From the NCBI GenBank assembly GCA_964016885.1, contig OZ024743.1:44268001-44332000 (forward strand): 64,000 nucleotides of DNA, in the 5' to 3' direction. The notes under the pieces are model-generated. The model saw only the letters and a program-made list of their open reading frames with translations. It did not search any database and was not told the DNA's origin. Within the stretch, counting starts at the first letter, position 1, and every line of letters starts with the position of its first letter. Source of the stretch: Eledone cirrhosa. Taxonomy: Eukaryota. Both the position numbers and the translations under genes were made by a program. Of this stretch, positions 10,880-26,590 are shown one piece after another.

Positions 10880-13520
10880 AGTATTTAAGTTTCCGTTGAA
10901 AATTGAAAAGGTCATAGGAGTGAAGTGTGCTCTATGTAAGTACCAGAGCAAAATTTTATGTATAATAAACAATACAATATAACTACAGTGCTGATGTTTG
11001 TGATTTAGTCGGCCTATTCCTCCTACACACACTTAAAGAAAAATTCCCTAACCATATTTTGGGGTTTTATCGCGACGATAATCTAATACTTTCCCATACC
11101 ACCATAGGCCATAACTTAGATAGATTAAGTAAAGACTTAATAAAAACCTTTGCTAGTTTTAATCTTAAAATTACTATTGACACTAACCTTTCCAATGTTA
11201 ACTTTCTAGATATAAACCTAGATTTGCCTACTGCTTCTTATAAACCGTACCATAAACCTGATGAAAATTTAAAATACATAAATAAAGGCTCTTGCCATCC
11301 TCCTATAGTTTTTAAAAGCCTAATCCCTAATATTAGTCGTAGGATCTCCACCCTCTCTTCCTCAGAAGCTATTTTCAATAAGGCATCCCCTTACTATAAT
11401 AAAGCCCTTCAAAATAGCCGTTTTAGCGAACCGATTAAGTACATACCCAACAATACTAACTCTGTTAAACATAATAATGGGAAAAGAAAAATAATCTGGT
11501 TCACACCCACCTAATCTCTAGCAGTTAAAACTAATGTAGGCCAAACATTCCTCGAGCTCTTAGATAAACATTTCCCTAGAATACATAGATACTATAAGAT
11601 CTTCAATAGAAACTATGTCAAAATTAGCTACTCCTGTGGTCCCCCTATTAAATCTTATATCATCAATAAGAAATCACCTAGAGAACATCAAAATTGCTCC
11701 TGTAGAGTCAAAAGTGAATGCCCATTACAAGCCAAATGCAACACCAAAGCCATTGTATATGCGGCTAAAATGACAACCATTAGCAACAACCAACCAGCCA
11801 CCAGTGAGAGATATGTGGGTATGACACAAGACAAATTCAAAACGCGTTATTACTCACATGTCGCATCTTTCCGACATCCAGAAAAAAGATTCACAACAGC
11901 TCTGGCTAGCAGAATATGGGATTTGAAAGACCAAGGTATCCAATATAAATTGGATTGCTCAATCTTGAACCAATCTAAAGAATATGCAAGAGGAACAAGA
12001 AGATGCACACTCTGCATAAGTGAAAAATATTGGATTTTACAAAACGTTAAATCACCAAAAACCTGCCTAAATACAAAAACGGAAATGTTCACCAGTTGCC
12101 CACACATGAAATCACACTTGCTTTGTAGCTCATATAAACTTAACTCACTTTCAGATACTTATCCGCCATAATCTCTTATTCTTCACTTTCCTTAAATTAT
12201 TCTCTTTACAGACTTCTTTTTCTTATTTACTTTCATTTTTAACTTTATTTTTAATTTTATTTTTTTACTTCACATCCACCAGTACCCCCCACCCCTACTC
12301 TTCAATTCACTTACCTAATAACTTCACGTTCCACATGTTACTCCCCCATTTTCTTTCAATCCCTGAATTACTTGTCACTTGCGTTTTCCACTCCAGATAT
12401 ATTCTGTTGTTTCGTAGCAGTTTTTATATTAGTACTCATTTATTCATAAGGCTGTTTATACTCTGTATCTATATTTCTGAATGTTTTTATGTGTGTATAC
12501 GTTCTGTATATGTATACGAGTGCCTCTGTATGTGTGCGTGCGTGCGTGTATATATACGTGTGTGTATGTGTGTTTTTATATCTATGTTTTTACATCTGTT
12601 TTTTACATTCTTATTTTTACGTGCGTGCGTAAGCGGGTGAATGTACGTGAATGTGTGTGTATGTGTGTATGTGTGTATGCGTGTATGTGTGTATGCGTAT
12701 GTATGGCTTTTGTATGTGTGTGTATATTATAGTCGCGTACGTACGTGTGATTAGATATACATGGGGCGAAATATATACACATATATATATATATATACGT
12801 GCCTCGTGTGTATGTATGTACGCATACATGCGCTTTTGTCTGTACGTATTTGTGTGTATAAATATTTTTATGGATATATGTTATTTATAGATATATGTGT
12901 TATTACGTGCGTCCCTATGTTTGTTTTCTTTTCTCTAGTGTTAATTGATTACTTTCTCTTTCATTTAACATTTTTTCTCATTCTCATATATTGTTTCATT
13001 TTTATACATATATCGAGAATGACAGTTCTTTTCACTAAGTGACCGCGCGTATGTGTGTGTTTATACGCGTGTTTTCATACTCGTATGTGTATTTAATACC
13101 TGTATCTAGATGCGTGTCAACTATATGATCATCTTCTCTTTCAACTCATATTATATCCGTATTTGTGGTCACATATACACAAATATACTTGCCCTCATAT
13201 ATATACTTACGCACACATTTGCACCATACACATGCATTTTTACATACACACATATGTACATTTGTGAGTGTATATACATACATATATACATACCTAACTA
13301 TATTTCCTTATATTTTTTGTATATTTTTCTATATTTTTTAATATATCTCTTGCATTACTTTTATTTATATATTTTTCGCATTTCTTGATGAGACTTTCCA
13401 AATATTTCACTATGTTTTATATTACCTTGTCCGACGAACGAATAAGGACGTTTTTTTCGTATTCGTCTTATTCGGGAAACCTCTGATAATGAGTATTTTA
13501 TTGTTTATTATACATTATAT
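10880..13520 (+). mobile_element. 5'-truncated Penelope-like element with inverted 5' tail, long microsatellite-like 3' UTR and degenerate terminal HHR
   Basis: 10959-10977 is the reverse complement of the 3' terminus (about 13495-13514). RT+EN at 10981-12171. CCGACGA-long stem-GAAA at 13431-13479. Flanked by (TA)n. Confidence 0.8.
10981..12171 (+). pseudogene. PLE reverse transcriptase C-half (YRDD type) fused to GIY-YIG endonuclease
   Basis: ADVCDLVGLFLL..GFYRDDNL..VNFLDINLDL..YKPYHKP..SCHPP..KRKIIWFTP, single TAA at 11512, then same frame KHFP..KIFNRNYVKISYSC..CSCRVKSECPL..IVY..YVGMT..FKTRYYSH..CTLCISEK. Confidence 0.9.
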
Positions 13521-13533
13521 ATATATATATATA

Positions 13534-13744
13534 TAACGAAGGAAATGTGGTAAGGAACCAGATGAACCATAACGCACCAAAGTACGTATTTAGGGTAGTA
13601 GAGTGGGTAATAGGAACGAGTAGGACCCCGACGGCTGAGCTCAAGCCGTTTCGACGGCTAATTCTGGACTAAAATGGACTATTTTTGTCCAGAATTAGCC
13701 GTCGAAACGGCTTGAGCTCAGCCGTCGGGGTCCTGCTCGTTCTT
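13534..13744. mobile_element. Fold-back PLE terminal fragment (family A)
   Basis: Arms gaacgagtaggaccccgacggctgagctcaagccgtttcgacggctaattctggac / reverse complement, plus an ~80-bp unpaired tail; inserted in (TA)n. Other copies at 19504, 28613, 34856, 49876. Confidence 0.75.
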
Positions 13745-13754
13745 ATATATATAT

Positions 13755-13849
<95 letters not shown>

Positions 13850-14311
13850 AAGATTTACACAGAGTATGTAATTAAAACTGCACCAACGTGTGTAGAAATA
13901 GAAACTTTTTAATATATAAACATGAAAACATGCCCCGACATATGAATTTCGATATGAATTGAAAAGTGATAAATAAATAATAAGGAAATACATATGTTAT
14001 GGACTATACACATTACATTGACCAGGAAGAATGAATAATGTATTTTACTCGCGCTACATCGTCCTTTAAGGATGTTTTTTTTTTTTTAGGTGAATACGTA
14101 ATATTTTATTTGTTTCTGATATGCAGCATTTAAATGGAGCATAACATAAATATTAGTAATATATAATGTATCGTAGTTTATGTGTATGTGTGTATACTAT
14201 ATATACATATATATGTATATATACATATATATATATGTATATATGCATATATATATATTTATTATTAAAACATATCTATATATACATATATATAATTATA
14301 TACATATATAT

Positions 14312-14408
<97 letters not shown>

Positions 14409-15020
14409 GGGAGATATGTGTGCACTCGTAAATAACAGTTTCTATGTACAATTTATTAAAACCACATTCTACAGTTTTGCTAGACTTTTTTTTATTATAT
14501 TTCCTACTTTATTTATTCATATTTGCTACTGCGTTCTTGGGGTGTTATTTAGAACACAACCGTTCTTGAATCCATAAGTTTATTAACTTTTCAGTATACT
14601 ATGGAGAATAAAAATGATAGTATTTCATGAGCTTTAAAAGGGGTCGAAGATAATCATGTAAATACTAGAAAAAAAATACTGGACGCATTAGTTTAAAATT
14701 ACTCCATCCGTTAACTCTAGCATGTTTATAACTAATTTTCTCGTATGGTTTCTACGTGTATTAAATTTTAGTTTATATTTTGATGTCAGTATGGTACCAT
14801 CATTTTTATCTTTCATGTTTTGTGGTATATCAAACAGAACTACAGTGCTATCAAATATGTTTTCTTGTGTAATATTGGTGCATGTAGAATATCATAAAAA
14901 TAAATAAACAGAAAATAAACAAGAACATTCCCGGTCATCATCATACACTCGTTGGGAAGGTACGTAGGTTTCTTGGGTGTGCTTTTATTACATTATCAAA
15001 TATTGATGGAAGACAGGCAA

Positions 15021-16789
<1,769 letters not shown>

Positions 16790-17445
16790 CGTGGAAGGCA
16801 GCCGGCACTATACCGTCAGGAAAGCGGGTCGAGGTCGAAAGGGACCACGGCGGATCCGTAGCGACATTTGTGTGGCTAGCAGATCCGGAAGCCAAGCCTT
16901 AGGAAACCCGGGATGCGCCGGCTATCATTGTCCAGCTGCGTGCCAGTAAAGAAGGAGGGTAAGGCATGGAGCCAGGCACCACTGTCAGGCACCACTGTAG
17001 GCGTGTGAGGCCGCGGTAAAATATGCAAGGTGGTGCTGGTCGAGCTGGCGCGCTAGCCTGCCTGAGGCCATGTTGCACTGGATGACATCTCAAATATATT
17101 TGGTGGACTTGAAGTCAGGAGCGGGAAAAGGAGGAGGCAGGTCTGCTGGACTAAGTCCGAGCCGGTTCCACGTCTCGCAGGCGGCCTCACGTTCCTCGAT
17201 CACAGTGGGTTCCCTTGTGTTTAGGAGAACCATTCTTGACGAGGCCGCGGTATGAGATTCCCGACGAAAGAAACGCCGGCAAAGCCAGCGAGATCGGGGA
17301 TCAGAGGTCAAGGCCATCATATCTAATAAGTAAGGGTCTTGTTGCCATCCAATGTCGGCAAACCTGACGTTGCATACCTCCTCAGCTGCCGTTCGGATAC
17401 AAGTGTCGAGATTAAACTCCTCCATGTAGTGAATAATATCAACCA
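16790..17445 (-). pseudogene. CRE-clade non-LTR retrotransposon fragment (RT thumb to zinc knuckle)
   Basis: With frameshifts: IRTAAEEVCNVRFADIGWQQ/LLIRYDGLDL*SPISLALPAFLSS..HAYSGA(W)[35 protein letters not shown]. Matches CRE WxQATLPxxxGGLGL and SGAWLxALP motifs. Confidence 0.8.
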
Positions 17446-18247
17446 TGATTTGTGGTGAGATTTAGCTTATTTCTTTTGTAATGTTAATGTGTCTTATGTT
17501 TTGTTTATCATGTCTGAGTTGCGTTGTTTTAATTTATTAAGTGCTTATTGAGCAAGGTGCGTGTTGTGTGCTGAAATTGTTTTATTTCAGTTTGTGCTAG
17601 TGAATTAATAATGTCTTGCGTCAGATGACAGCTGCTCTTACTGCATGTTTGTGCGTGCGTTTGGCTATTATATCTGATTGGACTGCTTGTAAATGTGTAG
17701 TGCAATTCTGATGCACATTTGTTTGTTTACTCGATCTGCAGATGAAAGTTAAATTGTGCAAATTGATATATATGTAAAATGTAGATCCAATGAAGCATAG
17801 GACGTAAATCGTTTTCTCACATGTATCGCAGTTGTGTATTTGCGAAACCCAATATTAATTATCTAGTACTTATATAACGAAAGGAATCTAATGGAGCCTA
17901 CAAGATTCTAGTAAATATATTAACATTTGGAAACAAATTGGAAATATACTAGAATTAAATTATCCTGCGTGAAAACAAATTCCTCGTATATTTCCCACAT
18001 GTATATTACATTGTTTTATGTGAAAGTAAAATTTGTTTCTTAAGAATAGTGTGAATATAGATAATTTATATAAACAATGTTATTTGCATGAATGTGCACA
18101 TTTGTTACACACGCCCCCCCCCCACACACACACACATATATATATATATATAATTATACTAAATGAGTACTTATAACCTCTAGTTGGATTACCTTAAACG
18201 ATACTTAAACTTACATACACACACACACACATATACATATATATATT

Positions 18248-18285
<38 letters not shown>

Positions 18286-18427
18286 CGTGTATGCATGTAT
18301 GTATATATTCGTCCCAAGCCAACAATTGTTTCTCTCATTTGCATTCTGTGCATACTTTCTCCTATGGACTGAGTGCTGTTGCCCTTGGATATTTCTACCA
18401 AACTTTTACTACAGTATTTAGACACAC

Positions 18428-18471
<44 letters not shown>

Positions 18472-18488
18472 ACACACACACACACACA

Positions 18489-18766
<278 letters not shown>

Positions 18767-18821
18767 CTTTCACTCGTGTAGGACACCTCGGTTATTTTTC
18801 ATTTTGTAAAAAACACCTCAC

Positions 18822-18884
<63 letters not shown>

Positions 18885-18890
<6 letters not shown>

Positions 18891-19345
18891 TGGTTTCAGC
18901 AAGGGTCCAGGCAAGTGCTGAGAAATGCAGACTAATTTTCCACGCGGAATAGACACTTGGGAGCTGTTCGAAAGTTTATCTAAAAAAAAATTGGGGAAGA
19001 AACGGAAGTCAGATGTCAACTTGCTAGTAGCAATAACAAAAGTTCAATATTAGCTGCAAGGATATAGAACACAGCAGAGACCAAAACAATCGCAACAACA
19101 CCTCATTGTTATATATATAATGGCTGACTTAATACACCCATGCTATTTCTCCAAAATTCTTTTTTCGGTTTCTTCTCACATCCTCTAACTTTGTATAGCT
19201 TCTTGTCTTGTCATTATATCTTCTGATGACGGCATAACGTTCGGAACCTCAACACTGTTATCCTACTAGACGAATCATTAAACTAATGTATATCTTCTTC
19301 GTACCGTATCCGGTAGCCTTGTTATTTTCCGTTTACTTTTCGTAC
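18885..19345 (+). mobile_element. Probable PLE 3' end (decayed endonuclease tail plus degenerate HHR)
   Basis: CTGATGA-CGG..TCG-GAAC at 19223-19247; weak GIY-YIG C-terminal-like translation (WELFESL); bounded by microsatellites. Confidence 0.35.
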
Positions 19346-19360
19346 AACACACACACACGT

Positions 19361-19462
<102 letters not shown>

Positions 19463-19474
19463 ACACACACACAC

Positions 19475-19503
<29 letters not shown>

Positions 19504-19506
<3 letters not shown>

Positions 19507-19647
19507 CAAAGATGGTGTGGTAAGATACCAGGTGGACCATAGCACAACAGAGTACTCAATATTTAGGGTAGTAGATCGGGTAATAGGAAAGGTGTTAGGA
19601 CCCCGACAGCTGAGCTACGGCTGTTTCGACAGCAAGATCCGAACTCA
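19504..19647 (-). mobile_element. Diverged family A PLE terminal fragment
   Basis: tgtggtaag..accata..tagggtagtaga..gggtaatagga..aggaccccgacagctgagct..ctgtttcgac aligns to 13534-13660. Confidence 0.7.
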
Positions 19648-19689
<42 letters not shown>

Positions 19690-20781
19690 TTCCTAAAAAC
19701 GTTTGGAGCAGTTTGTAGATTAGAATATGTTTTTATGAATATAGTTATACGAAACGGAAAATATTATTGTAACCATAGTCTAAATGATAGCTTGGAAAAT
19801 CTAGCCAACAGCCAGTAAAAGGAATCGAACTCTGGGCCTTTTAAACTTCCGCTGAATTCTCTAGGCCATTCAACTAAATAACCTCTGACAACGAATCTTG
19901 TCTAAAATAGAAGGTTAACCATACAGCTTCGATGTCAGCAACATTTCGGAAACAATTACAGCGTTGGGTAGATTTAAATTTCTTGAAAAATGTAGAAAGC
20001 TTAAATGCAGAAAATAACTGTAACCACACTCGATTTCTATAAATAATTGCTTAGAAATGGTCTGTATGTTTGTGTGTGCGTATGTGTCTTTATGCATGAT
20101 AGAGTGAAAGTGAAGTTGTACAAATCCAGTATTTAACTCGTGACTTTTAGCATTATGCAAGTAGGCTCAAAATATTTCTAAAATATTTTTAAATTATTTG
20201 CATTTTATTCTAATATTTAATATTGTAACATTATGTATTCCCATTGTGGACTCAAATTCATATCTATGTACATTTTTAGAATATTTAAATATTCAAAATT
20301 TAAATATTTAAATTAACTAATCCGCTCAGTGCTATATAGATATTGAAAAATACCTAGAGGGTCCATAGGATGTTCCACAACAAACTTTAACACACAAAAG
20401 TACATGATATTTCTTGATAGTATTAGAAAATATTGAAATATTGAAATATATTTTGAAGACTGTGCGTTTATATTTCTATTACCTTATTATTTTTCTTTAT
20501 TATTTGACAGTTTTCAATCATGGGAGCGCGGCCATATTTAAGCACCACCTTGAATAGATTTCCTTGATCATTTTTCCTTGATCATTCATATATTTTAATC
20601 ATTTATTTTATGGGACATAAACAATTAGTGAAAATGAATGCAAACAACGACACACACATACAAGCATACTCCCACACACACACACTCGCACAAGCACACA
20701 GACACACGCACACATTCGTAAAACAACAACCACACATACACACATTTAGGCACACACACACACACATATATATATATATAA

Positions 20782-20885
20782 AGGCGCATGGCTTAGTGGT
20801 AAGAGCATTGGGCTTGCAATCGGGTATGGGATGTTTCCTTGAGCAAGACACTTTATTTCACGTTGCTCCAGTTTACTTAGCTGTA
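20782..20885 (+). mobile_element. tRNA-derived SINE (family 2); second copy on minus at about 31375-31450
   Basis: A-box-like ggcgcatggcttagtggtaagagc followed by tccttgagcaagacactttatttcacgttgctcca. Confidence 0.7.
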
Positions 20886-20976
20886 TTCTGGGGTCCCTAT
20901 CATTAGATCACCCAAGACACCTCCAACGATATATACCCTGGAAGAGGCCAGCTAAACCTGCATAGTTGTGAGCTGT

Positions 20977-21067
<91 letters not shown>

Positions 21068-22692
21068 ATGTATTAATATATCTATTTATTTACACGATGG
21101 GCTTCCCCACAGTTTTCGTCTATAAAATATTTTCCACGGGTTTTGCTCAAACCCCTTTTCCATGCTTCAGTTTATTAGCTAATGTTACCTCTTACCATAC
21201 CGATCAATATATTATTGGAGCAGCTTGAAGACATATATTTCTACAATTTCAAATATTTGGGAAATAAATCGGAAATGTTTCTACTAAATATATGTACCAC
21301 CAACGTTCTTTATGAAAGTAAAATACAAGAATCTCTCTTTACGTCTCAAAATTAAGCGACTTTTGGTGCAACTCATATCGAATTGATTATGTTTTAGAAA
21401 AAAATATTTTCGACAAGTCACTACTTCTCCTTTCTGGTGAGAATTTACACGTATTTTATATTATATTTACTAGATAGTATTTCAGACTATTGAATTCTTG
21501 ACGTCAAGTTCATTGAATGTATTTAAGTTTTGGTGTCTGCATACGTAAACACACATACAAACTGTGGAAATTGCGTTTACATAAATTAATGGTTTCTGTA
21601 AGAGAAGCTTTGGAGTGCATGTTGATTAGCGATATGTGGATATGTTTCTAGATAAGTATAATATTTAACAATTTATTTCTAAGATATAATTGCATAAAGG
21701 ATTTACAGGATTGAGTGTAACTGAGTAACTTTGGAGAAAATATCATTTGAAAGGAAAATTACAGAGCTAGAACCAAGGTCATTTCATTGTGACTGGAAAG
21801 CGAACGTTTAGATACATGAGATATGAAATGCATTATGCCAACGTGTGTACGTTTGTCTTTAGTGACTTTTAAAGAGTTACAAGGATATATATATAAATAT
21901 ATAGAGAACAACTCATGAAGTATTATTATGGCTGATAAATAACTTATATATATTAGAGCACTGGTTTAGCTATCTAAAGTGTCAATATTTTGATTCATAC
22001 CATAAGTGAGATCCATACACAATATGTTTATGTTATATAAAGATGGAAATGCCCCTGTTGTTAGTATATTAATTTGTAAAAGTGAAAGAGAAAGTGAACT
22101 GTCTTCGAGCATTTCAAGATTCTGCATTCAACAGCAGCAACGCTGTCGTTAAGATACCGATGTATATCGAGCTATTTTGTGAAATCGTATTCATATATAT
22201 TGCAAGCTCGCCAGAATAATATGAATAAACGATGACACTAACATAGTGGGATTCAGAATAACAGTATATATAAATATATATATGATAAATTTATGTACGG
22301 TGAACATGCATTCACTGATGATATGAATATGTTACGCCGTGATCCTACCACCGCTGCTTCGGTATCGGTCTAAAAGCAACGTATATATATATATGTGTGT
22401 GTAATCGAAAGTTACCAAAGTGTAACTACCAAGGACAAATATGACCGACGCTAAAATACATGTATTTCCTGCTCCTAAGCCGAAATCCGAAACAGATGTG
22501 ACTATGGAATGACCATAGCTTAAAATCACTCATAGCAAGAGAAAAAATATATATATAAAGTTAAAGGCTTCATTATTAAATTCTTTACTTTTTTAAAAAC
22601 CCCAGACGGGCCCCATTGGGTGAAACGTATGTAAGAGTTTATATAAATGTATTTTAACGGCTTGCTTCTCTTTCTTCAACTTCTTCGATTAC

Positions 22693-22748
<56 letters not shown>

Positions 22749-23666
22749 GGGGGGGGTATGTGTGTATGTATGTGTGTGTGTGTATGTGTTTATGTGCGTG
22801 TGTGCATTAAATTTCGTAATATTCAGTCGAAATATATGATGAAACATATAAAGAGAAAAGAGTAACCGAGTAAATATGTGCCTAACTTTAGACATATTTA
22901 GAATATAGCCATGTAGAAATACAAAATATCCCTGTATATAGCATAGATTATATACACCTATACTGATGAAAGTCGAACTACATTTGAAAAGCAATATGCG
23001 TAGTTTGTGAATAAAAAAATTCAAGGGGTGTCGCTGGCCGTGGTGATCGCTGCCAAACATGTTTTGTAATGTATTGTCTTATTGGCTAATCAAACAAGGA
23101 GATTAATTGTTCCTCAAAAGCATCCGCCATTTTATTTGCACATTTATTTATCGTTTCGCTTTCGAATCTTCCTCCTGTATTTCGTCGTTTATCATCAAAA
23201 TATTGTTCTCGTTTTGGTAAGTTATATTGTTAATTTATATATGATTTTTTAAATTTATATTAACAATTTTTTTTCAGTTCGTTATAACATGCTTATAATA
23301 TTGATTGTATCATATTTACTTGTATATTTGTCTGTATTAATGTTCGTTTTATGTTAGATTATTTTATTATTATTATGTTAGACTATTTGTATGTAATATT
23401 TAATTTTTATTAATTCAACTATAACAATTATTATGTAAAACATATTTATTTAATATTGATTGTTATTATGTAAAACATATTTATTTAATATTGATTGTTT
23501 TTGTAGTTGTTTCAGACTTTTAAAAGTCTGAAAATATTTTTATACATCTTACAATAATATTTATAAGATCATTTATAAAATAACAATTATATAATCTAAT
23601 TACATTACAACGATAATTTATTATTAATATATATCATGTTTAACTAGAGTTATTACAAGCGTTGCC

Positions 23667-24140
23667 TTAAAAAAATATTAAACAAGACCGGAAAAATGCG
23701 CAAGCTCAAAAGAGCCACAGAATGTTATAGTAAACCTTCAAAAGTGTGGGACTAGAGTTGTTGTTCAAACATATGGTAATCATTATCTTTGGTTCACTCT
23801 GTGGCATCCTTTTATAAAAAAGAGACGCATAACGAACTCAAGACGACACGGTAATTATTTAAGTGAATTTATAATATAGAATTCGGTTTAAGTGCATTTC
23901 TTATTAATCATTACTAAACATCTAATATGAGATATTGAACATTAGTTTAAATAATTATCGTGTCGTTTTGAGTTCGTTATGAGTCTCCCTTATATAAAAG
24001 GATGCCACAGAGTGTACGATAGATAATGATTACAATATTTTTGAGCAACAACTCTAGTCCCACACTTTTGAAGGTGTCTCATAACATTCTGTGGCTCTTT
24101 TGAGCTTGCGTATTTTTCAGGTCTAGTTAAATATGTTTAA
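23667..24140. mobile_element. MITE with ~195-bp terminal inverted repeats
   Basis: Arms 23667-23862 and about 23946-24140 (gcaagctcaaaagagccacagaatgttat / ataacattctgtggctcttttgagcttgc; ccttcaaaagtgtgggactagagttgttg / caacaactctagtcccacacttttgaagg); TTAA at both ends. Confidence 0.85.
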
Positions 24141-24375
24141 CATATTTCAGTTTACAGGAAAGTACGTATATTTGGCATGTTTTCATTTATATATATACTA
24201 AACATTTGCAAATATCTTAACACATTTTTGCTGTCCCGTTTACTTTTGTTCTATGTATATACAGATGTAAATTCATACACGCACACATAAACAACACACA
24301 CACACACACTCACACACACACACAAACACACTCACACACACATATATAGACATATATATAGACATAGATATATAC

Positions 24376-24504
24376 AGGTAATATCCGTAGTGGTAGAGCA
24401 CTCAGTCCAGTGGTACGGTTGTCTCGTATAACCATGACCAGTACGAGCTGAAGATCAGCTAAGGTGAAACAATTGTTCTCGGTGAACTAACAGTTGTGTT
24501 ACCA

Positions 24505-24507
<3 letters not shown>
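24376..24507 (+). mobile_element. PLE pseudo-LTR fragment (family B) with HHR and inverted tail piece
   Basis: CGAG-CTGAAGA(24448-24454)-..-GAAA-CAATTG-TT-CTCG. Homologous to 39481-39570 and 58126-58278. Confidence 0.75.
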
Positions 24508-24549
<42 letters not shown>

Positions 24550-24551
<2 letters not shown>

Positions 24552-24784
24552 AGGAAGTGTAAGGTGAAGTTACTGTTGGTTCACCCAGGTGAGCACTGGA
24601 TGTTTAGGTTCACGTCAGTAGCGAGGTGTAGAACTAAACGGAGTGTAATATGATAATACAAGGACGATTTGTTAAGCCTTTATTACGTTTATTTATTGGT
24701 GACGCGCGCTTCACTATTGATCAGCGCAAGGTTCGATATGTGTCGATCTGGCCCGACTCTGGAATCAAAAGCTCGTCGGACCTC
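24550..24784 (-). mobile_element. PLE-like terminal fragment with degenerate long-stem-II HHR
   Basis: Minus strand GGT-CCGACGA-gcttttgat...atcaatagt-GAAG-CGCGCG-TC-ACC-AATAAA, running into (TA)n. Confidence 0.5.
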
Positions 24785-24795
24785 ATATATATGTA

Positions 24796-24984
24796 AATAA
24801 TTGTTTCTTTTGGCACAAGGCCAGCAATTATTCCAGTGCATTACTGGTACTTTACTTTATCGACCCCATAAGGATGAAAAGCAAAGTTAACCTCGACGGC
24901 ATTTGAACTCAGACCGTAAACGGACGTAACTATGTTAGAAAGCATGGCGTCCAACCCTCTACCGCTACTGCCAATTCACCGGCC
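24796..24984 (-). mobile_element. tRNA-derived SINE (family 1)
   Basis: Reverse complement of the 49247-49440 sequence type. Confidence 0.85.
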
Positions 24985-25734
24985 CCCAATATATATCTAA
25001 ATAATGGTATGCCATTGTAGCATAAACGATAGCATAGGAATCGATCGAAGATAGTTTTGTTTTAATGCCTGAAGTGAGATTATAGTACGGTTTCTATGTT
25101 ATATACAGAGAAATATAACATGATCAAAAGATATACCAAACATTACCATTGATTTATTATTTTTTTAATCTTTATTTTTCTGCAGATATAGTGTAGGTGG
25201 GATCGCGTTTTCCGACGTCAGAGAAATATGGTTGCTATATCTACATTGGTTCATTAAGTGTGTTATTACATACTGATGTTATAATGAAATCAAATAAAAT
25301 GCTGGCAGTTATTTGTTACTTAATCTCCAGAGTTATTGTATAAGACGCCATAATATATGAGGTCACATGTTACGGTAAATTAATTTACTCACTATATTCA
25401 AGTTCCAACTGGAAATATGTACGAAACTTAAGATAAGAGCAACACTTCAATCGCCATATATATTTTAAAATGTATTGTGTTATATTGATCATATAGCGTG
25501 AATTATTAAGTTATTTTCTTTTTTCTGAACAATAGTGTTTAATTATAGTGGAGATAGAAATATGTTTGAAACGTTTTTACTAGTCCACATAAAACGTATG
25601 AATAAAGGAGGCGGACTTGGTTGCATTCGAAACATTTGAAATGGACTTATCCCAACTCAAATGTCAGTAATGATAATAACAACAACATAATGGTAATAAA
25701 GATAATAACAACAACAAACAACAACAACAATAAT

Positions 25735-26590
25735 TTCTTTATTGATGACCAGGGCCGAGGATAGAGGACAATACGAAGACTGAGACAGTTAGGATTTACA
25801 TAATATCATGTAAAAATGAAGGAAAAATACAATTAACAAAAAATATAAACAACAGAATTCCCAGTAGTAGATGATACAACTCAGTTAGAACCCCCACAAA
25901 TCTTAACCCTTTAGCATTTAAACCAGCCATATCTGGCCAGAATTCTCTCACCGTTTTCTATTTAAACTGGCTGTAACTGGCCGCTTATACTGATATTAAT
26001 AAACTGTTCTCAAAATAAATAACATTAAAATCTCACAGATTCGATATACAATAGCATATATAGAGTAATATAAATGCTAAGGGGCTAAACCACCCTCATC
26101 TCCAAGACCTCACTTGGAAAGTGCCCCTCTCTCCTTTAATCTTTCTAGCTTACAACACGCCAGAATCACCCACATTTTCACAATTGAACTGGGAGGAAGC
26201 ACCTCTCTCTCCACGATCACCTTTCTTTCCAAATGGAACTTGTAAGATTTATAAAGCTTGGTCGAAATGAAAAATCTCTGTCTTCAGTCCTTTCAACTTT
26301 GTCCACCAAACAGCATCTTTCGCTGCAGCTACCAGACAGAAGAAACATGTCTGCTCTTCCCGGCCATAAGAGAGCAGCAGAGAGATATTCATGATGGTTT
26401 GAGTCGCTAGCCGGATCCCTCCTACACGCGATAAATCAGTTCGACATTACACAAGTTCACATTACACGGGAACTGAACGTGTGCATGCAGAACGATTTCG
26501 TCTGTCAGCTCGCACCTCGAACAGCTCCATCTGACAGCATTACCATGCTTGTAGATTTCATCTTGAAAAGTGTTCCTCGGTAAAACTGCC
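25735..26590 (-). mobile_element. L1/Tx1-like LINE 3' end
   Basis: Minus translation SCSRCELTDEIVLHAHVQ (zinc knuckle) and FFCLVAAAKDAVWWTKLKGLKT; 3' AATAAAG then (TTG/TTA) repeats. Confidence 0.55.
25903..26088. mobile_element. piggyBac-like MITE nested in the L1/Tx1 3' UTR
   Basis: TTAA-CCCTTTAGCATTTA ... TAAATGCTAAGGGG-CTAA termini. Confidence 0.75.

Noticed and set aside
22960-23010. CTGATGA..GAAA hammerhead-like motif
   Set aside because: No convincing stem I pairing and weak stem II; may be chance or heavily decayed.
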